A stretch of DNA of 63,435 nucleotides, counting the filler, from Chiloscyllium plagiosum (taxonomy: Eukaryota): the NCBI RefSeq assembly GCF_004010195.1. It is 5 parts of one record of this genome, joined end to end, with 100 filler letters (N's around TTAATTAATTAA, not from the genome) between each part and the next. Parts side by side here need not be neighbours in the genome. Positions count along the whole stretch, not along the records: positions 37,157 to 56,312 come from NC_057712.1; positions 56,413 to 61,453 come from NC_057712.1; positions 61,554 to 63,435 come from NC_057712.1; 2 more parts are not named here. One strand, given 5' to 3'. The notes below the pieces were generated by a model, which worked only from the letters and a program-made list of their open reading frames with translations, was not told the DNA's origin and did not search any database. Position 1 is the stretch's first letter. Every line of letters starts with the position of its first letter. Made by a program: the position numbers and the translations under genes. Below, piece by piece: positions 50,903-62,070 of this stretch.

Positions 50903-51116
50903 TTTTAATGTTTGACTTGTATCCTGAACAGTAGTAAAATATGTAAGTATCCTTGATTTCTTAGTGAATGGTTGTTTCTGCAATTTAATTCTGCAATAAA
51001 AGGCATATGTATGATAATTCTGAGAAAACAGAGAGAGCTTTTCAGACCATGCCATTATCAATCTGTATTTTCTGTCTTCAGCTTTTCAAAAACAGCTGCT
51101 AAAATAGGCTTGATTT

Positions 51117-51197
51117 GAAACATAGAAGATAGGAGGAGGCCATCCAGCCCTTCGGGCCTGCTCCACCATTCATCATGATTATGGCTGATCGTCCAAT
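51117..51197 (-). mobile_element. Short CR1 tail fragment
   Basis: Matches the 36720-36787 tail (ggccat..gccctt..ccaccattcat.atgat.atggctgatc). Confidence 0.7.
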
Positions 51198-54100
51198 TTG
51201 TGTACGCCTGGGTCTCTTGTCTCTCCAACCTGAGACTGTGGTAGAAACATCTTTAATTGTGGCTTTCACATAAAAATTTACTAAAAGAAAAGTGAACAAC
51301 TTTTGGAAATGGCATGGATGTGGGACTAGATATGTCTGCTTTCAAGAATTGGAGCAGACACAACTTGCTGAATGGCCTCCCATGCTGTAACAATTCAATT
51401 TGATTTTAATTTGGTGTTGAGACTGCAATCTTGCATGGGAGTTCATGTGAGTCAACTTCCAGGATCTTGCAGCAAACGTATTGAGTAATTTATGACTCAT
51501 GGTGATGTGATGCACAGCTTTTACTTGGATCAAAATAAATACTAACATCTAGTGTACTTTTGTCATTGCACCCATTCTACATAAGAATGTTTGGTCACAT
51601 TTTGTTTCATTTTGGACTTGCTCAGACAGCCATGTGATTATCTCTGATAGGCTGAGATAAACCATGGCTCAACAACAGACAGCCAAATCACGAACCCTTC
51701 CTCAGCAAGCACTGTAACCCACCAACACATCTCACTGCCCTGTGTTTAAGATCAATGATTTGGTGTTGAGTCCGACCCCACAACTGGATGGAAAAGGAAA
51801 ATGGAATTGTAACATGGACTAAAATTCCTTCCAACACATGTCAATGGTCAGCCATGTGACGGGAAGAAATTGGAACCGCTATCATCATTATCCATAGCTT
51901 CAACCTGGAACGTGGATGCTATATTGTGTCTTGCCACAGCAACTCAGAAACTTTGATTGATTCCCTGAGCACAAAACCAACCTTTCACCCAATTCTTGCA
52001 CCGTCAGATATTACAAAATGCTCCACTTTACACTTAGATGCTTCACTGTACTCAGTGATGTTTAATTTTTGTACAGCAAGTCAATAGTGATTTAAATCCA
52101 CATAAAAACACAGGAATCACATTTGATTCACAGATTTAAAGGGAGATGTGCCACTTTGGAGAGCTTTGGAAACAATAATTTTATAAGTTGGTTATGCTGC
52201 AGACACAGCTTTACTTCATTGTTTCTGTTGAAGTTCTTCATTAATTGCACCACCAGTTGTGATAGTGTTTACAATTTTATCAAAAACATAACATACCTTT
52301 AAAAGGACAGTAAAAGGTGAGAATTTGACATGTTTAGTAAGTAAATCTAATCAGACTTAGTCTGTGTGAACTGAATAAAATAAGGATGGCAGATCCCAAT
52401 GTTGAACACGTGAGTCAAAAGATGGAGGGAGTTGAACCATGGTTATAGAAAAGAATGCTGTTACATCACTCTTATGAATTGTATGACAGTACTATGAACA
52501 CAGCCAGATGTTCCATGCCCCAGTGACCTTTAGTGAATCATTATTCAAATGTAATCTGACCACTGTTATCGTATGGTTGGTTTACCCAGTCTGATGACAC
52601 AACATCTGCCATATAGGTTTCTTATCCCACATCTGACCCTTGTATAATGTGAAATGATCTTTGATGCCCACAGCATTATAATTAATGTTAGACCCCATTT
52701 AAATAAGGGCAAATCAGCAGGTGAGCAATGTTTATCATGCCAGTGCATTGTAAATAAATAGTAAATAAAAGGAAGCTTATAATTACTTTATTTTCACAAG
52801 TTTTGATGTATGATTAAAATGTTACATTAAACTGGCAGTATGTATTCACAGTCTGCATTGAACAACTTTCACAGTTAATGTAGATCTCTGATCCATTCCA
52901 TTTTGTCTGCATTCCAACCATTCTAGTTCCTACTACTTAAATTGTTTTATTATTCTTAAAGAGGTACACTCCTTTTCATACCTACCTGTGTCCTGGGAGA
53001 ATAAACTGATGGGCTGTTAATCTCACAGCAGTCTGCAAAAGCATCAAAATAATAATATGGATTACAGATCACAAACTTAAAAGTTCATTGTGAACGCAGC
53101 AGATTTGTTTAAAATGAAATCCTTGGTGCCACACACAAAACATTAACTGTGAAAACTAGTTAATGGTTCGTCATCTTGACAGCCCATTGTTACTAATGAT
53201 GCTAAGACTCCAGTCATGAAATGTTAATTTATTTTGCATGGAATTATTCCTTTATGATTGCACAGAGAGGCAAAGGTTGTACTTGTTCCATGTTCTGCAG
53301 AAAGACTTTTTTTGCAGTGGTCTGCAGAATAACAATCATAATGTCTGAATTGATCCACAACACTGCTGTCTTTGTTGATGCAGAGTCAGATAATGAGGCT
53401 TTCACAGCAGCTGCAGAGGAGGCTGCATCATTACTGATTAAAACCGTTTCTAATGACCTTACTGCTGAATGCATTCACAGGAGCTCCTTTCTCATTGCCA
53501 GCATTATGCAGGGCATGAAGTGAAAGAAACAGAATTGTCAAATAGCAGAATAGCACCCAAAACCAGTGAAAACAATAGGTCCATTGTTTAAAAAAACATA
53601 TTGGTTGACCAATGTTAAAAAATCTAAAAATATAATTAGCATGTCTCATAGCTGTTCCTTAAATGTGATTTCCAAAAATATTTATATGAATACTTCCCTA
53701 ATAGAGAAGGCTATTGGGACATCAGAAGATGTTCAACTAATTTTATGTTTGTGTGTTTTCAATTCCAGCTATGATTCAAAGGTTTGTAGTGCCTGCTGAT
53801 TGTATTGAGATTTGATACATGGGAAGAACAATACAGTTTGTATTGAGTTAAGATTTACAAAACAATACTGCTGACAATTTTGCACATGCTGCCAATGTCA
53901 CTCAAGGGGCCACAAGGATGGAAGATGTGGAAGGACTCAGGGCAGAGGTTTTCCTTTGGGAAAATGGCAAGGAAAATGGTAAGAGGGAGAATAATTGGAT
54001 GAGCTGATCCTGGAGAGATGCTCACTCTCTTCGCATTAACTCACAAATTGAGTGCCGGGTGAATACGTTCATTGGAACTTTTGCAAATCACCAGCAGTTA

Positions 54101-54462
54101 AGACTCTCAGGGATCAATTAACATCCAATTAAGGGTCTCAACACACTACCAGCCTAATTGCTTGCCTTCTCGCTTAGCAAGAGATGTGACTGAGTTCCCT
54201 ACTGCGACACAATCTTAGGGCAGTTGGAGATATGAGTGGGATCCAAAGGGGTAGCCAAAACCTACCCTTGCTTTTAACCCCATTGGAAATATCTCCCTGT
54301 GACCCCTGCCTTTAGAAAAAAGTATAATCTGGTTGTACAGTGTAAAACTTTTTTGACATTTCCCAATGGATATTATGTTATTGTGAATACTTGGCTGAAT
54401 GTCAAGAACTATAATTGTCTCTGAAAGGAGTTTTGACTTCAAAGTTTGATTGACAGGTTTAA

Positions 54463-54820
54463 GGTGGTACGGTGACTTAGTGGCTAGCACCGCTGCCTCA
54501 CAGCACTAGGGACTTGGTTTCGATTCCAGCCTTGGGCAACTGTCTGTGTGGAGTTTGCACATTTTCTCCGTGTCTGCGTGGGTTTCCTCTGGGTGCTCCG
54601 GTTTCCTCCCACAGTCCAAAAGATGTGCAGGTTAGGTGAATTTTCCATGCTAAATTGCCCAAAGTGTTCAGGGATGTGTAGGTGAGGTGCATTAGTCAGG
54701 GGTAAAATGTAGAGTAATAGGGTAGGGGAATGAGACTGAGTAGGTTGGCCTATAGAGGGTCAGTGTCAACTTGTTGGGCTAAATGGTCTGTTAACACACT
54801 GTAGGAATTCTATGATTCTA
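54463..54820 (+). mobile_element. HE1-type V-SINE (older subfamily)
   Basis: tRNA head, V-domain and attctatgattcta tail. Confidence 0.88.
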
Positions 54821-55449
54821 AGAGTTATTAAAAAATAATGCCTTTGATATGGACTCTGAATAGAAGTTTGTTTGATTTTTATAAGAAATTAACAAAATGA
54901 TTCGAGAAGGAGAGATGTTTTTCACTATCAAGTGTGTGGCGTACAAGCTACATAATGCTAGAAATTTTTTTCATTTCCACAAAATTCCCGAGGTTGCCTA
55001 TGCTAGGTATTGATGAGTGGCCTTGGAGTACCCATGGAGGTTACTTGCAACCACTGGCAGGAGCTGGTGGGTGTGATCAGTAGGTGTCTTTGAGCTGCAT
55101 AGAATGTGTGGCGGGGCTTGGAGGTTGGGTGGCTTGGTTAGTGGGTGTGAGAATTCAGGACAAAGGGTTCTAAAACCATAAAACAAAGTTTCAGAGAATG
55201 GAGGTGGGCACTCTAACCAGCATATGTCTGAACACATAGCTACATAAAATCACTTTCCTGGATTGATTGGCACAAATGTATCAGTACCCTCTCCCCCCCC
55301 ATTAGGATGTGCATTTTGAGATACGTTTTACCACGTTTGGTCTAGAAAGACTGGAAATTTCTCACCTTGATCTACCTACTCTGGTGGACAAATTCCAGTT
55401 CATTCTCTCACCTCTTTCACGTTAGAATATTCTTATTATCACATCACAT

Positions 55450-56312
55450 GGGATCCAGACTTGTAGTCCAGCAAGTAGGCTAACTGTTTGTCAGGATGTC
55501 CAAGAATGTAGGGAGGCTGTGAAGAAGGTAGCACTGACAGGGAATACTTGGGGACACAGAGATGGGTTCAAGTGCGTATACTTCAACGCAAGGAGTATCA
55601 GAAATAAGGTCGGTGAACTTAAGGCATGGATCAGTACCTGGGACTACGATGTTGTGGCCATCACGGAAACGTGGATAGAAGAGGGACAGGAATGGTTGTT
55701 GGAGGTCCCTGGTTACAGATGTTTCAGTAAGATTAGGGAGGGTGGTAAAAAAGAAGGGGGGGGATGGCGTTGCTAATTAGAAATGGTATAACGGCTGCAG
55801 AAAAACAGTTCGAGGGGGATCTGCTTTTGGAGGTAGTATGGGCTGAAGTCAGAAATAGGAAAGGTGCAGTCACCTTGTTGGGTGTTTACTATAGGCCCCC
55901 TAATAGCAGCAGAGATGTGGAGAAACAGATTGGGAAACAGATTTTGGAAAGGTGCAGAAGCCACAGGGTAGTAGTCATGGGCAATTTCAACTTCCCAAAT
56001 ATTGATTGGAAGCTCTTTAGATCAAGTAGATTGGATGGGGCGGTGTTTGCGCAGTGTGTCCAGGAAGCTTTTCTAACCCAGTATGTAGATTGTCCGACCA
56101 GAGGGGAGGCCATATTGGATTTGGTACTTGGTAACGAACCAGGACAAGTGATGGGCTTGTTAGTGGGTGAACATTTTGGTGATAGTGACCACAATTCTGT
56201 GACTTTCACCTTGGTTATGGAGAGAGATAGGTGCGCACAACAAGGTAGATTTTATAATTGGGGGAAGGGAAATTACGATGCTGTAAGGCAGGATTTGAGG
56301 AGCATACGTGGG
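55450..56312 (+). mobile_element. CR1 ORF2 endonuclease domain, ending at a gap
   Basis: CVYFNARSIRNK, AITETW, YYRPPN, MGNFNFPNIDW, ILDLVL and SDHN motifs. Confidence 0.95.
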
Positions 56313-56412
56313 NNNNNNNNNNNNNNNNNNNNNNNNNNNNNNNNNNNNNNNNNNNNTTAATTAATTAANNNNNNNNNNNNNNNNNNNNNNNNNNNNNNNN
56401 NNNNNNNNNNNN
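56313..56412. other. Assembly gap with a synthetic linker
   Basis: 44 N, TTAATTAATTAA, 44 N. Confidence 0.97.
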
Positions 56413-57166
56413 ACTGGGCTCACTCTCTCTCCCCTTCCTCCCACCAATACCTAACTGCCATCAATGCTGTCAGAGCTTCCTTCATTACTATCAATCACAA
56501 TCCACTGCTCGGAGAGCTCCAATATGGTTGACTGCAGCCTCTGGATGGCACATGTGATGATTACGTAACTGTTGAAGCTGGACTGCTTACTCTACATAAA
56601 CCCTGTACCAGGAGCACAAATTGACTGAGAGTTTGACATTAATTTTCAGCTATTTGTTTTCTCCTGTAGGACAGACCATACAGGTTGTTACCACAACACT
56701 CTGTAGAAGGGCTAAAACCACAGAAACGTTTCAACACACTTTCGAATGCAGTAGCATAGATGAATTGGTGGAAGGATCAATTAACTTTGTTCAACAGAAG
56801 ACAGTATGGCAGTTTAAATATATCATTGTTGTACTTTCTTTTTGTAGGAGCACAAAAATTTGTTTCGGTATAATTAAGTGCTTGACTGGATATACATGGT
56901 GCTGAGAAAGCAGGACCTCGGAAAGCAAGCTCCATGAGGTTGGAATGGATATACCTGCATCTAAAACTGGAAATATTCATCACTGAAGCAAGTTTCTGTT
57001 ACCCATTTGCTACAGGGTTATTGCTAGTTCTCTGAATTGATTGACAAGAATATTACAGTACTAAATAGAGAGTTGTCCTAGAGGGGTGAAGATTGAATCT
57101 ATCTGTTTAAAATGATAGAATAATAAGGGTCCCATCATATAATTAAGGTCATCCATAAGCATCAAC

Positions 57167-57481
57167 CAGCATGGTGGTTCAGTGGTTAGCACTGCTGCCT
57201 TACAGTGCGAGGGACCTGTGTTCAATTCCAGCCTCAGGTGACTATCCGTGTGGAGTTTGCACATTCTTCCTGTGTCTGTGTGGGTTTATTCTGGGTGCTC
57301 TAGTTTGCTCCCCCAGTCCAACGATGTGTAGGTTAGGTGAATTGGCTGTGCTAAATGCCTGTAGTGTGCTGGTTAGGTGTATTAGTCCAGGGAAATGGTC
57401 TGGGTAGATTATTCTTTTGAGTGTCAGTGTGGACTTGTTGGACTGAAGGGCCTGTTTCCACCCTATAGGGATTCTCTGATT
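57167..57481 (+). mobile_element. HE1-type V-SINE (older)
   Basis: tRNA head, V-domain and CR1-like tail gaagggcctgtttcca. Confidence 0.86.
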
Positions 57482-57799
57482 AAAGTTGCAAGGAAATTAG
57501 AGAAAGATACAAAAGAGTAATTATTATAGGAGTCTTTACTTATCCTAAGGTAAAGTAGTAAAAGTGTGAAGGTTAGTGACAGGAAAAAGATTTCCTGAAG
57601 TGTGTCCAGGAATATCTTGCAGAGTAGGATTTCTGGCTCAGTAATTGCTGGATCTGTCGAGATAGATTCCCATGGAGGGGGGAATGTTAGAATAAACAAA
57701 ACTATAGCTCCCTCGGTGATGAAACTACATAGATTTGTCAAAAAAATTGCTTTTGCATAATTTGATTGAGTTTATTGATGAGATAACAGATAGGAATCG

Positions 57800-58130
57800 T
57801 GTGGTCCTATGGTACCACCCTGTATCTGAGGTTTTGAACCAATGGACGCTGATTTAAAACTAAAGACAAAAGAACGAATGGTCTAATGGGGATATGAAGG
57901 AAAACATTTTTATGCACTAAAGTGTCAGGATCCAGAAAGGGCACACTGAAAGGCTGACTGAGGCAGATTTGATCATAACTTTCCAATGGGAATGAGATAA
58001 TTATCTGAACAGAAAAGAAATTGCAGGGCTCTTAGGAAAGGCTGAGGGTGTGGGACTGACTCCATATACAGACAGCGGCCAAAGAAATGAGTGACCAACT
58101 GGTGTCCTTCTATGCTGTAACCATTCCTGA
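57800..58130 (+). mobile_element. Old CR1 3' remnant
   Basis: gggatatgaaggaaaacatttt...gggactga...ccttctatgctgtaaccattc. Confidence 0.55.
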
Positions 58131-60145
58131 GCTCTGCTCGCTCCTCTTTGTCCTTGTCTCACACAATCTTTTCCAGTTGCTGGACTCCCACAGTCTCTTT
58201 CAGATTCCCAGTCTCCTGGTCTGTGTCTGTGCACAGCAGTGGGAGCATATGGAACTATCAGGCATATTGAAAAGTTTGCATCTGTCTATAGTTCCTTGTA
58301 TTTTGGTCTGTGATTGTTGGACAAATGGAACAAGGAATAAGGAGAAACAAGCAAACAAGAAAGGAGCTTTAGAAAGGTTTAGATTTATGAAATCATCTCG
58401 CTTTGAAATAGTCCCATCATTTGTTTCATTAGAATTATGAAGTTAACAAACTGGCAACTTCACATCTTAATGTGCCAGCATTCCAGCATCAGAACCGGGG
58501 CGAGGGGGGGTGTCCTGGTGTGAAAAGCTGTATACTTTGTGAGCAAGTTCATGACAAGACATTGCAGATTACCTTCCATTTCTCGCAATTCAACCTGTCT
58601 GAGAAGCGAATACAATAAAATCTAATGTGAGCAAATTCCATTCTTTTAAAAAAATATATAATCGCTTAGTGTTCGAGAGCTGGGCTCTTGCCATCAGTTT
58701 TGAGCTTCATCCAGATTTGCAAATGCCATTGGTGTACAAACTGTCTCCTCTGTCAGAGTCAAATGGTCTTGTGCACTTTCTCCACCTCCTGTGGCTTTGA
58801 GTGATTGCTTTATTTTGGCTCTGATCGTCACGTCATTATGTCCTGTTCTTTTTACTTTCCATGGGGCACTCAGGAGGTACTGAATATCTTGCCAATGTTT
58901 CAGGGCTTCATTGAGACATTTTTAAATATATATTTATTGGTCTAAATCACAAGAAAATCCACTTCTTTGTTATGAAGCATCAATTATTTTCTTTCCTTGG
59001 TTATCGTTCTAACCCTGTGAAGTTTTATGTCTTGCACATATCCATATTGGTGTACTACAAATACAACTCATAACTCGGATCGAATGTAAATGTATTCCTG
59101 ATACAGAGTGCTTGAAAAAATATTATTTTGAAATTGCCATGCGCCTATTATAAGGAAGAGTAGATACTTTAATTGTAAGAATAATTGTATTAGGGCATTA
59201 TTTTTTCCTTATTTAATCCCATTTGAAAATAAAAATATATTTATTTTGCCTGAATTTAATTTTTCACCATCTGCTGCAGGCAGCATTTAAACATGTGAGG
59301 AGAATGTAGAAGAATAACTCTGTCAGTGTTGAAATAAATGTGTCTATAATTAAGAGTGGTACAGAAACATTATCAGTGTGTAACAGTGTGCAATATATAC
59401 AACATGTATATATTTTCAATGTAATATTTCTTAATAGTTGGTTATGCTTAGAAACATTCCATCAGGTGTTTAGTCAAAAACATCCTGAACTGCACTCAGA
59501 GGGAGGAGAAAATGGAATGACTGGCATTTTTGTAATTTCGTTCAGTCTCAGGCATTCCAAAGCCCCTTATAACTATGAAGTATTTTTTCACATGCTATAT
59601 AATGTAGGAGCTGTGGCAAACAAGGTGTACATTGGTATACTATCCCACAAATAGACCGCCTGAGCTAACATCAAAGATTTATTCAAGATAGGATAGTGAA
59701 GAAGGTATTTGGTATGCTTTCCTTTATTGGTCAGAGTATTGAGTATAGGAATTGGGAGGCCAGGTTGCGGATGTACAGGACATTGGTTAGGCCACTGTTG
59801 GAATATTGCGTGCAATTCTGGTCTCCTTCCTATCGGAAAGATGTTGTGAAACTTGAAAGGGTTCAGAAAAGATTTACAAGGATGTTGCCAGTGTTGGAGG
59901 ATTTGAGCTATAGGGAGAGGCTGAACAGGCTGGGGCTGTTTTCCTTGGAGTATCGGAGGCTGAGGGGTGACCTTATAGAGGTTTGCAAAATGAGGGGCAT
60001 GTATAGGGTAAATAGACAAAATCTTTTCCCTGGGGTCAGGGAGTCCAGAACTAGAGGGCATAGGTGTTCAACGTTTGTGAGAAGATTTGTAGCTTGGGTG
60101 CTCATTGTTGTGGTTCTGTTCGCCGAGCTGGGAATTTGTGTTGCA

Positions 60146-60179
60146 GACGTTTCGTCCTCTGCCAAGGTGACATCCTCAG
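60146..60179 (-). ncRNA. Minimal type I hammerhead ribozyme motif
   Basis: Minus strand caCTGAGGAtgtcaccttggcagaggacGAAAcgtctg. Confidence 0.65.
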
Positions 60180-60294
60180 TGTTTGGGAACCTCCTGTGAA
60201 GTGCTTCTGTGATGTTTCCTCCGGCATTTATAGTGGCACACTATAAATGCTGAAGGAAACATCACAGAAGTGCTTCATAGGAGGCTCCCAAACA

Positions 60295-60328
60295 CTGAGG
60301 ATGTCACCTAGCCAGTGGACGAAACGTC
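60295..60328 (+). ncRNA. Minimal type I hammerhead ribozyme motif
   Basis: caCTGAGGAtgtcacctagccagtggacGAAAcgtctg. Stem II is closed by gtc/gac, stem III is the ACGT palindrome, and the cleavage triplet is GUC. Confidence 0.65.
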
Positions 60329-60692
60329 TGCAACACAAATTCCCAGCTCTGCGAACAGAACCACAACAAAGGGCATAGGTTTAGGGTGAGAGGGGAAAGA
60401 TATAAAAGAGACCTAAGGAGCAACATTTTCAAGCAGAGGATGGTACATGTATGAAATGAGCTGCCAGATGAGCTACAACATTTAAAAGGCATTTGGATGG
60501 TTCGATGAATAGGAAGGGTTTGGGGGGATATGGACCAGGTACTGGTAGGTGGGACTAGATTGGGTTGGGATATCTGGTCGGCATGGACAGGTTGGACTGA
60601 AGGGTCTGTTTCCGTGCTGACATCTCTATGACTCTATGACTTTATATGAGTAAAGAAAGCGATAAAGAGGAATGTAGGCTCATTAAAGACAC

Positions 60693-61453
60693 AGGAGAAA
60701 GTGAGGGCTGCAGATGCTGGAGATCAGAGCTGAAAATGTGTTGCTGGAAAAGCGCAGCAGGTCAGGCAGCATCCAAGGAGCAGGAGAATCGACGTTTCGG
60801 GCATGAGCCCTTCTTCAGGAATGAGGAAAGTGCGTCCAGCAGGCTAAGATAAAAGGTAGGGAGGAGGGACTTGGGGGAGGCGTTTTTACAGGGGGCAGGG
60901 TCCACTTTCATTCCCTTATGCTCTTGGATTAATGAGTTCAACACGCGGCGAGACATCGAACAATTCTTCCGCCGCCTTCGCCTCCGTGCCTACTTCTTCA
61001 ACCAGGATTCTCTCACCTCCAACACACCCCATCCACGTGGACGCCCCGTGCTGGCCTCTTACCTGCCCTCGATCTCTTCATAGCCAACTGCCTCCGCGAC
61101 ATTAACCGCCACAACCTCTCCACCCTCGAAATGTACAGCCCTCCACTCTCTCCGCTCCAACCCCAACCTCACCATCAAACCGGCAGACAAGGTAGGCACG
61201 GTGGTAGTCTGGCGAACCAATCTTTACACCGCTGAGGCTAAACGCCACCTCGCAGACATCTCCTCCTACTGCCCCCTTGACCATGACCTGACCTCCCACC
61301 ACCAAACCATCATCTCCCAGACCATCCATAACCTCATCACCTCGGGGGATCTCCCATCCACCGCCTACAACCTCATAGTCCCACAACCCCGCACCGCCCG
61401 CTTCTACCTCCTGCCCAAAATCCACAAACCTGACTGCCCCGGCCGACCCATTG
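60693..61453 (+). mobile_element. Penelope-like element: inverted 5' terminal repeat, then RT N-terminal region, ending at a gap
   Basis: FFRRLRLRAYFF, LTIKPADK and RFYLLPKIHKPDCPGRPI are PLE RT-associated motifs. The upstream repeat is in the opposite orientation. Confidence 0.9.
60791..60818 (-). ncRNA. Minimal type I hammerhead ribozyme motif with an intact core
   Basis: Minus strand attcCTGAAGAaGGGCtcatGCCCGAAAcgtcgatt. Confidence 0.72.
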
Positions 61454-62070
61454 NNNNNNNNNNNNNNNNNNNNNNNNNNNNNNNNNNNNNNNNNNNNTTA
61501 ATTAATTAANNNNNNNNNNNNNNNNNNNNNNNNNNNNNNNNNNNNNNNNNNNNCTGAGGTTAGGGGTAGNNNNNNNNNNNNNNNNNNNNNNNNNNNNNNN
61601 NNNNNNNNNNNNNNNNNNNNNNNNNNNNNNNNNNNNNNNNNNNNNNNNNNNNNNNNNNNNNNNNNNNNNNNNNNNNNNNNNNNNNNNNNNNNNNNNNNNN
61701 NNNNNNNNNNNNNNNNNNNNNNNNNNNNNNNNNNNNNNNNNNNNNNNNNNNNNNNNNNNNNNNNNNNNNNNNNNNNNNNNNNNNNNNNNNNNNNNNNNNN
61801 NNNNNNNNNNNNNNNNNNNNNNNNNNNNNNNNNNNNNNNNNNNNNNNNNNNNNNNNNNNNNNNNNNNNNNNNNNNNNNNNNNNNNNNNNNNNNNNNNNNN
61901 NNNNNNNNNNNNNNNNNNNNNNNNNNNNNNNNNNNNNNNNNNNNNNNNNNNNNNNNNNNNNNNNNNNNNNNNNNNNNNNNNNNNNNNNNNNNNNNNNNNN
62001 NNNNNNNNNNNNNNNNNNNNNNNNNNNNNNNNNNNNNNNNNNNNNNNNNNNNNNNNNNNNNNNNNNNNNT
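61454..62070. other. Assembly gaps (linker gap, 16-nt island, about 500 N)
   Basis: N runs and the TTAATTAATTAA linker. Confidence 0.97.

Larger units (their letters stand above)
60066..60369. mobile_element. Palindromic PLE-derived insertion, 11-bp TSD
   Basis: 131-bp arms at 60105-60235 and 60239-60369 around a 3-nt loop. TSD agggcataggt at 60055-60065 and 60370-60380. Confidence 0.9.
59686..60645 (+). mobile_element. CR1 3' end interrupted by a PLE palindrome
   Basis: Near-identical to 13612-14278. The CR1 sequence resumes at 60370 after the insert. Confidence 0.94.
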
